Origin: Eledone cirrhosa
Lineage: Eukaryota
DNA length: 64,000 bases
Assembly (NCBI GenBank): GCA_964016885.1
Contig: OZ024745.1
Span: 90,830,001 to 90,894,000, forward strand
Direction of reading: 5' to 3'
Of this stretch, positions 53,694-64,000 are shown in pieces. Within the stretch, counting starts at the first letter, position 1. Each line of letters opens with the position of its first letter. The notes beneath the pieces are model-generated. The model ran no database searches and had not been told where the DNA came from. It saw only the letters and a list, made by a program, of their open reading frames with translations. A program made the position numbers and the translations under genes.

Positions 53694-56289
53694 ATGGCCG
53701 AAGCACCTACTTCTTTGCCAAAACAAGAAGATGGGAAGGGAAAGCCATGCCTACTTGACCAGCAGGTAGTAGCAGACATGGACAAAGAAAGGCCAACATC
53801 ATCGCCTCAACATCTAGAGCAAAGGTTCTCAATGGGGGGCATATGCACCCACGGGGGCGTTTCGGAACTCCAGGGGGGCGTTTGGGAGCAAGGTCGCGTT
53901 AGGGGGGGGCGTTTGGAGTTGGGGGCGCTGGAAGGCTCTTTATTTTGGTAAGTTATATAAGCCATATTTGTATGTCTTTGAGACAGCCAGTGTGAATGCA
54001 TTTGAATGAGCTTGCAAACAGCATAACTATAGTCTGACCGCAGGTGTGCAGGCATGTCTGGTAATTGAGACGTTAACCGCTAATTGAGATCCTAAAAATG
54101 GAAAAACCCACAGTCAACTGGGTCAAAGATACTTTGAGCGCAGCCAGTTAGAATCTTATCTTTCCTTCACCGATAACAATGTAGTTCATGTCTGAAATTA
54201 TTGACTCAACCGTAACGAGTTAACACTATGTAGATCTATTTTATTCCCTATTGTATAAATAATATTACAAATAAAAAAAATGAAAAGAAAAAACAGAAGC
54301 GAGTAGCACACACATCTAGGACCACATACAACACATAATCAGATAATACACACATCTTTGGAATATTGTTAATCTACTGATATAAAAATCAGTAGTATAT
54401 TGAAAAATAGAAAAATAGGGTGGGGGGGGGGGCGTTTCGTGATTTTGAGGGACAAAAGGGGGCGTTTGGCCTAAATGGGTTGAGAACCTGTGATCTAGAG
54501 GAACAAGCTTCAGCTGCTTGTCAGCAACTGAACACGCCTGACGTCACAAACGTCACATGTATCCACACACAGAAAGATATATATGTAGTAAACACTTCCT
54601 TTCGTAAAGAAATGGAAATTCACACAACAAAAAAATGAAAATAATAGCCCACAACAGGCACCAAAAAATACAGAAAATGAAAAAATTGAAAACACATCCA
54701 ACAATACCAATCAAAAGAAAAAAAATGTCAACACAAACACCAAAGAAAATACAAACAACAGTGACAATAACAGCAAGAAAGACAACAACAGAAAAATTTC
54801 TTTTGCTGATACCGGAAAAAAAACGGAAATATTTCAACTTTTGGATTTAACCAACGCGAAACAAAAGTTGGAAGAAGCTAAACAATATGTGACTTTTGGA
54901 CCCAATGGATCATTTAGCATAAATTCACCACAAGAACTAAGGAGAGAAAATGCCCTGAACACGGTGGTTTTCAGGACAATCTCAAATGCATCAAAAAAAC
55001 CAGCTCAACTATCTCAGATTAAGGAACCACATGGATAACATTTTATTTATTCAGAAAGCCAAACTTTTCGGCAGCATCTCGGTGCTAATGAAAAACAACA
55101 TAACAGCACAAAAATATTCCATCGTGCCCATTGTGTCCACCCATTTTACATTTTTCCCTACATACATGGGAAAAAGAACGCAAAAAATAAAAATTACATG
55201 TCTAAGACCCAAAGTAGATATTTGGTGGATACTTTATGGCGTAATTGACTTTGAACAAGACACTTTGATCTCAGTAGGAAAATCCTCCAGAGATATATTT
55301 AGTGGGACTAGCGTCGAAATTCTGGTGCAGATGAGCCCAGAACGTATAATGAAAATCCCACAGAGAGTACCTCTGGATGGACAGACCTACATAAACATTT
55401 CGGTTGAGGGTAGGCGGTCCGCATGTTACCACTGCACAAGCAGAGGTCATCTAAGGGCTGCCTGTCCTCAATTGACAAAAAAAAACCACTTTTACCAACA
55501 CCACAAATAACAACACAACCACCACCACCACCACCACGACAACAAGAAAAAACAACAGAGAACACTATTCCACCCAACCCCTCCCCACCCAAAACAAATA
55601 CAAAAACACACACAGACACTACAGAACCCCAAAACATACCCCTACCCATCAACACGGATGAGGAACCCCTATCGACGGCACCCAGCGGCGATGAGGAGGA
55701 ACCCTTCCAACCCGTGAAAAGAATAAAAAGAAAGAACCGTGTGAACAAAAATGAAACAAACACACAAACACCAGCACAAACAGCACAAAAATCACAAACA
55801 AAAGTTCCCCCTCTCGAAAACAAAACACCCACAACAAAGAAGAAACACACGCAGGAACCACAGACAAAAACAAACACAACATAGGAAAAGTACACATACA
55901 CTTACATAAACGAAGAAAATAGAACACTGATGGAGACAATCAAAAACAACCCTTTGGTCAAAACCGAAGGGAAAACTTTGGATAGCTCCAACAAAAACAA
56001 AAAAATGAACCTAAAACTGATCAGGGTCCCTATAGGAACTTATAGATCCCTAAAAGAAACATTTGTAGAGGACGTGGGGAATTCCTGCGTGAAACCAATC
56101 AACCGCATCCTCTACAAAGGCCTCCCCACCACAGGCACCCCTACCCAAGTCATCCCCACCCCACCAGACACCCCTTCCCCACCAAACACCTCCGTCCCCA
56201 CCCCGCCAGAAACCACCACCCCACCCAACAACCCATCCCCCACCCTCATGGAAATTGTGCAGCCCGATACCCGGGACGCAGAGAGGTAA
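53694..56289 (+). pseudogene. LINE ORF1 (gag-like), broken by frameshifts and a hAT insertion
   Basis: ATG at 53694; CYHCTSRGHLRAAC knuckle near 55423-55464; Lys/Thr/Pro-rich, A/C-biased segments split over several frames. Confidence 0.7.
53820..54492 (-). mobile_element. Non-autonomous hAT (Charlie-like) DNA transposon
   Basis: TIRs CAAAGGTTCTCAA / TTGAGAACCTGTG, perfect 8-bp TSD ATCTAGAG (53812-53819, 54493-54500), GGGGGCG subterminal repeats. Strand is tentative. Confidence 0.88.
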
Positions 56290-56313
56290 GTGCCTTTTCT
56301 CTTCACCACCAAC

Positions 56314-59300
56314 ATGGCTATGCTAAGAGTAGGCTGTTTAAATGCACGTGGCCTGGGCTCAACTTGGAAGCAAGCAATGCTTCTAAATGACCTCAGGTCA
56401 CAACGTATAGATGTGATGGTTATTTGCAAGGCCCGGATCAGCAACGTGCGACAGCTGGCCCCCACCTTTGATGACTTTGAGATGCACGCATCTCTTTGTC
56501 AGCCCGGAGGTGGGGGTGGGGTTGTCGTTCTGCTGCAAAAACATCTGGGTCTCGCAACACAGATGGTACATTTGGACCCAGAGGGTCGACTAGTGGTTCT
56601 GGACCTTAGCAGTGATGAAGTCTGGAGACTTTTCTAGGGACGTCCCGCTCCTTGCTATTAGTGGGGGACTGGAATGGTATCCTAGATGCACGCTGGGACT
56701 ACGTAGGGGCCTGTCCTGATAGAGAGGGGTGTAATAGCCTCAAAGGGTTAATCGGTCGATTTGACCTGGCCGATAGATATCGACTAGATTTTCCAACTGC
56801 GCCAACCTGGACTTGGGCAAATCATAGCGGATCATCTAGGTCGTACCTAGATAGGTTCTTAGTTAGAATTAAGGATAAGGACTTTTTAAGTTGTCCAAAA
56901 ATGCGCATGGTTGGCTATTCAGACCACAAGTTAGTGACCTGCATGGTCAACCTTGACAGAATGCATAGACAGGGACCCGGTTACTGGAAGCTCAACTTGT
57001 CCTTACCGGCAAGTAAGGCTTACAGGGACCGGATTAGCACTTTAGTTAAGGAGCGGTTGACGGGCGCCATCGTCAACAGTAGGTGGTGGGGATCTCTCAA
57101 AAGAGAGATTAGAGTAGTCTCTATAGAATTTAGTAAGGAGTTAGCCTCAAATAGAAATAGGAAGGAAAGGAAGTTGGTAGATAGTGTAGAAGAGGCAATT
57201 AGAAGCAGCGACGTGGCCGGGGTGCTAGCGTCGAGAATGGCCCTGGGCCAGTTCTTCGACGCGAAACACAAAGGCTGCATCGTCCGAAGCAAAATACGTG
57301 CTCTAGGAAACGAGGGGACCAAAGCTGTTAGCTGGGCCCACGTGACAGAAGCCAAAAGAGGGAGTAGATCCACTATCCGGTCTTTGCGAGACCAGGATGG
57401 ACGGGTGATCCTTGAACCTAAGCAGATGTGCGAGGCTTTTCAAAAGCACTTTGCCAGATTGTTCGGAAGGGGCGGGGAACCGGTTGCGTAAGTGGACTTC
57501 GGTCCATACCTCGACGGCCTGCTGTGTCTCTCGGACAGGGAGGCAAAGTCCTGCGAGGAGCCGATTTCAGCCGCTGACATAGAGGACGCGCTGAGCAAAC
57601 GCAAATCCCCGAGTCTCGATGGTCTTCCATACGAACTATATCTAGCTATGCCGGACTTGTTCCCCGATCTCTTCGAGGCGGTCTACTGCAACTGGCAACA
57701 GTACGGGAGAATTCCCTGTACTGTGACCAAGGGCGTAGTCACGCTAGTGAGGAAGGACGAGAACAAGGGGGACGATATAAATAATTTCAGGCCCATAACT
57801 CTGCTAAATACAGAGTTACAGATTTTGGCCAAGGTGCTAGCAAAGAGGTTGGCGCTTGTCGTGGGCAACCTGGTGGGAGATGCGCAGACATGTGCAATCC
57901 CGTCCAGGTCCATCCTCGACAACCTCCACCTTATGCGATACATCATAGAGAGGGTTGGGAACGAACCCGGCTTTGGTGGGGGCCCTGATCAACTTGGATC
58001 AATCTAAGGCGTTCGATAGGGTCGACCATGGTTACCTGGATGCGGTGCTAGCAGTGGCAGGCTTCAGACCTGTTTTCAGGGGCTGGATCAATGCCATGCA
58101 CAGCAGCCGCATCTCCTCTAGGGTCAAGGTGAACGGCTACCTCTCGGAGCCGTTCGAAATCGCGCGGTCCATCCGACAAGGGTGCCCTCTCTCCTCCCTT
58201 CTGTATGTAATGACTCTAGAGCCACTGCTGCGGAAGTTGGAGTTGTTGCAGGGCATCCCGTTGGAACCGGGATTGCGGAAAGCGGTGTCGGCCTACGCCG
58301 ACGACGCAACAGTAATGGTGTTGACGGCCTCGGAAATTAGGGCGATCGGCACCTTACTGGAGGAGTACGAAAGGTTTACAGGGGCTAAGCTGAACCGGGA
58401 CAAGTCGATCGGTCTGCAACTCGGCACGGGGAGGGGCAGATCGATGCCCTCCGATGGCGTTGTCGGGCGCTGGACGGAGGGCCCGTTGAAGTTGCTCGAG
58501 GTCTGGTTCGGACCAGACCTCCAGAAGTGGGCCGAGTGCAAACTGTCCCTGAAAGGTCGGGCGGAGGTGGCGAACACTTATATAGCATCCATCATCTACT
58601 ACCGCCTGACCATTGTGCTTTGCCCAAGGGAAACGCTCGCCAAAATGGAGCGCGCACTCTTCCAATTCCTTTGGAAGAAGCGGGCTCCTATGAGATCCAT
58701 CTGCTGTCAACACCCTTCGAAAGGAGGGCTGGGGATGCCATGGCTAATGATACATAAACATGCATTAAGGCTACGGCACCTCCAGGTATTCCTCACCGGT
58801 CAACCGGTGTGGGCCCCGTTTGTGAGGCGAGCTTTTCCCAGACTTGTCTCACTCACCGAGCTGCAATCCTGGGTCAAGCAAAGACCGAGAAAACTGGGCG
58901 CCTGGCACACCGAGTGTGCCCAGGCACTCACGGCTGTCTGGCAGGCGGACCCGGCTGTCAGTGGAGAATCCACCTCGTCATTCTATAGAGGGCTGGTCGT
59001 TAGCAGGTGCGACGATGCCCTCGGAGAAGCCCTAGGCATTGAGGAAGACGAACTGGCCAACCTGTTCGGTAGGACATTCAGCCCGGGACCCATGGATAAC
59101 TTCCAGAGGTCCCTGGCCTGGCAGTGCTACCAAGGGGCTCTGCCCGTTCGAGAAAGGCTCTACAGACATGGGCGCCCGGGTAGGGACCCTTCGAAAAAGA
59201 TCTGTCCCAGATGCGTGTGCGACGAGGAAACCGTTGCACACGCATTCGTACACTGCTCGGGCATTGCCGATCTGTGGGGCTATGTCGAACAACTGCTGTC

Positions 59301-59580
59301 AAGGGTGGGACCGATCCGGTTGACCACCGAGTCTATTGTAACGATCAAGCCGCCTCCCCTCTTCAAAAACAAAGGAGAGGCGGTGTTTCTGTGCGTAATA
59401 GCCATGGCAAAAGAGGTTGTATGGTGGACGCATCTGAAAGGACTGAGGTCAGACACCTTTCTCTCTGGCCAACAACTGGTCCGTTTCTTCCGATATCATT
59501 TCGGCCGTTTTTATGAAAGATGGGTGAAAGTGGTGAGAATGGCCCGTGTGAATGGGCCTTCACTCTACATCAGACTATAG
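56314..59580 (+). pseudogene. LINE ORF2: AP endonuclease, reverse transcriptase, C-terminal zinc finger
   Basis: LNARGL, GDWN, SYLDRF, SDHK, WKLN (APE); KSPSLDGL, FRPITLLN, LDQSKAFDRVDH, RQGCPLS, YADD at 58294-58305 (RT); CPRC..ETVAHAFVHC. Apparent deletion near 56630, stop at 57489, frameshift near 57980. Confidence 0.92.
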
Positions 59581-60503
59581 GTGAGGAAGATAAAAGATCA
59601 ACGGAGCACCCCCGCTCTGTGCTCCTGAGGAGAAGGGTTGCACACTTTTTTCGGGGGTGTGTGCGACCCCCCAAGGCGCCTCCTCCCTATTGAGGATTTT
59701 GTTATAAAATTTATTCTTTTATGTTGTATTTTATTTTTATATCTTGTTATTGCCTCCTCCTTATTGAGGACGCCTTGTTATGTAAACTCCCCCCATTGTA
59801 CTTGTCCCACTTTTTGATGCCCTGGTGGCAAATAAAAAGAAAATTATCTATGTATATATTTATCTATGTATATATATATATATATATATATGGTGGCTGC
59901 CAACTCGTTTTCGAGTACGGCCACTACTTTATATCCATGTAGGAGAACCCCTACCGATGCCCTGAACAAGTGTGACTTTTTAGTCCAGCCAGTGACTTGA
60001 AAACTCTGGTACAAACACTACACCTGTGACAATTATTGACACATAGTGCTGGGCCCATGGTACCATGTGACGACAAGTGCAGAGAGATCTCCAGATATAA
60101 AGCAATGCCTGTGCCGTGAAGCTTTTATAGTGAGCAAAGGCATTGCACAAAGCCAGTCCCACTCTCTTAACCAAGATGATATTTACCAAAAAGAAGAACA
60201 AGTCAACATCATTGGATACCATCAGGGTTGCAGGTGTTATATCAGAGTTTTCCTTCTCCTAGAATTCTGCCTTGACAAAGGCTAAGGGGTCATCTCTCCC
60301 GGTGATTTTGGATGGCCATTGACTCTTAAGAGCTCCTTTGCCCTTTGACAGGTTTTGTTTTTAGTCCTGCAGGATGTCCAAAGTCACCCTCCTCACCAAG
60401 AAACCTTGGTGGGGTTGCCAGTTTAGTCGCCAACGACCCGACCATGAGACAGGTTGTACTGGGATACATGTTACCAGTAGCACCAACTGGTGACCTGACA
60501 CAA

Positions 60504-60553
<50 letters not shown>

Positions 60554-61202
60554 GCAAGAAGAGAGAGAAGAGGCCCTGTTTGGAGGTGGGGCTCTGTCTG
60601 ATAAGGGAAGCCCAAGGCATTCACCCTACCAACTTCTCCTCCCCCACCCTTCCTCTTATAAATCCAGCCCTGCTAATGGTAATGAAGGAACATTCAAAAT
60701 GTTTTCTACCATAATCTCAGATGAACAGAAGCCTTGTGTGGAAAATTGTGTTGGCAGAAACTATGCAGAAGCCCATCAAACGAAGTGTACCAGTAATTAA
60801 AGATAGCAAATTGTCAAAGTCATAAGAGCATTGGATTAAATGCCATGCAGTTTTTCTTCTGGCTCTCTGTGCTCTGAATTCAAATCCTGCTAAGGTGAAC
60901 TTAGCCTATTATTGATCCAGTATCAATGTAATAAAGTACTAGTCAAAGAGAGAGGGTACCATTGTTAGTACATCAGACAAGGTGCCTTGCAGTATCTGTT
61001 CTGGTTTTATACATCCTGCCTCATGTCACTAGAAAAATGGTCCCCAGCCCTATCATTTAAAGAGACTTAAAAGATCCAACATCTTACAAGGCCAACTAAA
61101 CTTGTACCAAAGACACCACCACAACCTTTACTGTAAAGGGCCAGTCTTGTCACACCATCCTGATTCTGCATAAAGATTACATTAACCCTTTAGCATTTAT
61201 AT

Positions 61203-61480
61203 AGTGGAGGCATGTGGCCTAGTGGTACGGGTGTTGGACTTACGATCATAATGTAGTGGATTCGATTCCTGGGTGGCATGTTGTGTTCTTGAGCAAAACA
61301 CTTCATTTCACTTTGCTCCAGTATACTCAGCTGAAACTGAGTACCAGCAATAGCTGGGGGTTCAACCCTGTGATAGATTGGCATCCTATCTGGGGGGAAG
61401 TCTTGTACTCCCAGTCATTTCACACCATGAAACCAGGATAATCACCAGCCAAATGAGCCTTCTGGCTTAAGACAGACTTT
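61203..61480 (+). mobile_element. tRNA-derived SINE, family C, nested in a piggyBac-like MITE
   Basis: A/B boxes, CORE-like body, ...CAAGACAGACTTT-type tail; related copies near 5650-5890, 15430-15720, 15870-16055, 23550-23820 and 30065-30305. Confidence 0.75.
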
Positions 61481-62064
61481 AAACTTTTAGCATTTATATT
61501 ACTCTATATTTACTATATTTACTATTGTATTTTCACAGTAAAGGCTTTATCTCACATAATTATCTCATATTCTATGAAATTTTGATATTATTTGAGAACA
61601 ATACCTTAACACCAGTATGAGTGGCCAGTTACAGCCGGCTTGAACAGAAAGAGGTGAGAGAATTTTGACCAGATATGGCTGGTTTAAATGTTAAAGGATT
61701 AATTATATAAGTGTAATAATTAGTTGTATAATGAGTAGGTAGTCCCATTGATTTGAAACCAACACAAAATATACATGTAGGTGCATTTGTATAATATGTA
61801 TCTGTCTCTCAATATAATGTACTTGAATGTGGACAGGCATGATTAATAGCCTGAGTATGCAATTCTTTGTGAAGATATACTGTAAGCATATATGTGATTA
61901 CAGTTGCATGTATATATATATATATATATATTTAGATATATAAAAAACACAAATTTAAATAATTTTGAAAACCATACAATGCACTAGAAAGAAAATTAAA
62001 ATTAATAAGATAACAAAAGAATCTTAACTTAGCAAATTTAATAATATATAATTATATAATCATT

Positions 62065-62433
62065 TCATTTTACGTCTGCTTTGCCCTCCTTGCAAGGGTG
62101 GGACAGGAACTGATTCTGGCTTGATTTCTACAGCTGGATACTCTTCCTAACACCAACCCCATTTACAGTGAGTGTTGGGGGCTTTTTTTTCCCGTGGCTC
62201 CTACATGTCCACTTTACAGTGTGGGCTGGGTGCTTTTTTGCTGTGGCACCTCCACGACCACTTTGCAGTGGAATGATATGGACCCCAGTCCTATCATCTC
62301 ATTTCTACAGCTGAGTGAACTGGAGCAATGTGAAATAAAGTGTTTTGCTCAAGGAAACAACACATCACCCGGTCTGAGAATTGAACTCACAACCTTTCGA
62401 TTGCAAGGCTCTAACCACTAAGCCATGTGCCTC
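62065..62433 (-). mobile_element. SINE family A (same head deletion as the 42-kb copy)
   Basis: Full match; shares flank with the 42-kb copy. Confidence 0.85.
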
Positions 62434-62712
62434 CATATATATATATCACTCTACTGTTGTATTTTTGTTTGTGTAAACACAACAGCAGGGAAAATGGACA
62501 TTAAGTTATGATGATGATATGTATAATAATGTAGAGAGGTCTGACTAACATTGGAAATAAAAGAGACTATTGTTGTTGCTGTTAAACAGCTCCAGTAAGG
62601 GGAGATAAGCCGACAAGGGCCTTGCCTGACCAACAATCGCTCTGTATAATCAGCTCCTGATTATTTACTAGAATTCTATAAGAATATAACATCAGTAATC
62701 TCAGTAGACAGG

Positions 62713-62778
62713 AGGGGTAGTTAGCCTTGATAAGCTTCAACAAAAGCAAAACAAGGCCCTTGTCGGCTTATCTCCCCT
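62713..62778 (+). ncRNA. Hammerhead copy with G12>A mutation, probably inactive
   Basis: Same as 63031-63096 shifted by 318 bp, but GAAA reads AAAA at 62748. Confidence 0.7.
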
Positions 62779-63030
62779 GTTTGCTGAGATTAAAGTAAGT
62801 GAATTTGTCACTACTCTAAAACAATAGCATACGTTCTTCAAAATGCTTTTAATTAAGCATAAAGTATATTGCAAAATACATTATATATACATCCATATAT
62901 ATATTGCTATTTCAGAGCTCCAATTCTAATTTTTAATTTCTGCCTGACCAACAATTGCTCTGTATAATCAGCTCCTGATTATTTACTAGAATTCTATAAG
63001 AACATAACACCAGTAATCTCAGTAGACAGG

Positions 63031-63096
63031 AGGGGTAGTTAGCCTTGATAAGCTTCAACAAAAGCGAAACAAGGCCCTTGTCGGCTTATCTCCCCT
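63031..63096 (+). ncRNA. Type I hammerhead ribozyme, U3-A8 core variant
   Basis: AGCC-UUGAUAA-GCUU(caacaa)AAGC-GAAA-CAAG(gcc)CUUG-UC-GGCU; stem I extends through GGGG/CCCC; predicted cut after 63082. Confidence 0.82.
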
Positions 63097-63201
63097 GTTT
63101 GCTGAGATTAAAGTAAGTGAATTTGTCACTACTCTAAAACAATAGCATACGGTCTTCAAAATGCTTTTTATATATACATCCATATATATATATATATATA
63201 T

Positions 63202-63247
63202 ATGCCGAGCTGAGGATCCGCTAAGGCGAAACAATTGTTCTTGGCAT
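63202..63247 (+). ncRNA. Minimal type I hammerhead ribozyme
   Basis: AUGCCGAG-CUGAGGA-uCC(gcuaa)GGc-GAAA-C(AAUU)G-UU-CUUGGCAU; 8-bp stem I, palindromic stem III; lies between two (TA)n tracts. Confidence 0.8.
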
Positions 63248-63553
63248 GGTGAACTAACTGTTATGTAACCACTTCTATATATATATATACATATATACAT
63301 ATATATATACACTGATAGTGTCCTCATTCTTTCTCAATACTTCTTTAATTATTAGACTATTCTCTTGTATTATCTGCCGCATGTATTCCACTCTGTGCTT
63401 TTAATTTTAATTTTAATTTTTGTACAATTCTCGTATAATATATGTCGCATCCATTCCACCCTGTAAATACGAAACTGTTATTCACAACATCAATATATAT
63501 GTATCTATATGATTGTTCAGTTGAATACAAGCTTAATTATATGTACAAACATT

Positions 63554-63610
63554 GATAATGCTCTGATGACTGCGAATGAAAGTTTGGAAGAATCGATTGT
63601 CAGCAATTAA
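63554..63610 (+). ncRNA. Degenerate type I hammerhead
   Basis: UAAUGCU-CUGAUGA-(weak stem II)-GAAUC GAUU GUC-AGCAAUUA; GAAA is altered to GAAU. Confidence 0.55.
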
Positions 63611-63793
63611 ATGATTTGAACATAACTTTGATAATTGTGTAATTTATATTCCTGCTCTGTAAAACACCTGATGTTCTTACATTGAGCTATTTCTCTTACT
63701 GGTAATAGGGTAGTAAGAAATTACTGACCTTTCCTGTTTATAGTTGTTTATAGTATATACATAACTATAAATAGTATCATTATTATTATTATT

Positions 63794-63850
63794 ACTAGAC
63801 CATCCATGACCCGATGGGTCATGTTCACTTAAAAATAATTTTTAAATAAT
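63794..63850 (-). mobile_element. Helitron-like 3' terminus
   Basis: Minus strand reads CATGACCC-ATC-GGGTCATG hairpin, 6-nt spacer, CTAG then T. Confidence 0.5.
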
Positions 63851-64000
63851 CGGAAGGGTCGGAAACCATGCTTTCCAGCATAGTTACGTCCCTTTACGAT
63901 CTGAGTTCAAATCCCGCCGAGGTTGACTTTGCCTTTCATCCTTACGGGGTCGATAAAATAAAGTACCAGTAATACACTGGATAATTGCTGGCCTTGTGCC
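63850..64000 (+). mobile_element. SINE family B, runs off the window
   Basis: Matches the 19191 unit. Confidence 0.8.

Larger units (their letters stand above)
53483..59843 (+). mobile_element. Near full-length L1/Tx1-clade non-LTR retrotransposon, disrupted
   Basis: ORF1 with CCHC knuckle, ORF2 with APE-RT-zinc finger, AATAAA at 59831; candidate 16-bp TSD TTATCTATGTATATAT at 53467-53482 and 59844-59859. Confidence 0.85.
62598..63168 (+). mobile_element. Penelope-like pLTR / retrozyme: short inverted head plus 1.7 tandem copies of a 318-bp unit
   Basis: Unit starts TGCCTGACCAACAA at 62623 and 62941; 62598-62624 is the reverse complement of the ribozyme 3' half; ends at a TA tract. Confidence 0.75.

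Noticed and set aside
55308-55901. Minus-strand ORFs over the LINE
   Set aside because: Antisense shadows of compositionally biased LINE coding sequence.

Overview
AT-rich, repeat-dense animal DNA. The SINE families and TA/CAT microsatellites suggest an octopus or other cephalopod (inference). It holds the 5' end of an SLK/STK10-type Ste20 kinase gene on the minus strand: coding exon 1 at 50693-50526, a 45-kb first intron, exon 2 at 5472-5308 and a likely promoter near 52.1-52.2 kb. Upstream is a near full-length but disabled L1/Tx1-type LINE with a hAT element nested in ORF1. The remainder is tRNA-derived SINEs, piggyBac/hAT/Tc1-like MITEs, RTE/R4/CRE-like fragments and minisatellites. The most notable signal, not explained by any ORF, is a set of unrelated short non-coding elements at (TA)n tracts that carry type I hammerhead ribozymes or fold-back palindromes of hammerhead halves. 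These resemble Penelope pseudo-LTRs or retrozymes, and include a 318-bp tandem element whose ribozyme has a compensatory U3-A8 core. All structures were folded by eye and repeat boundaries are approximate.
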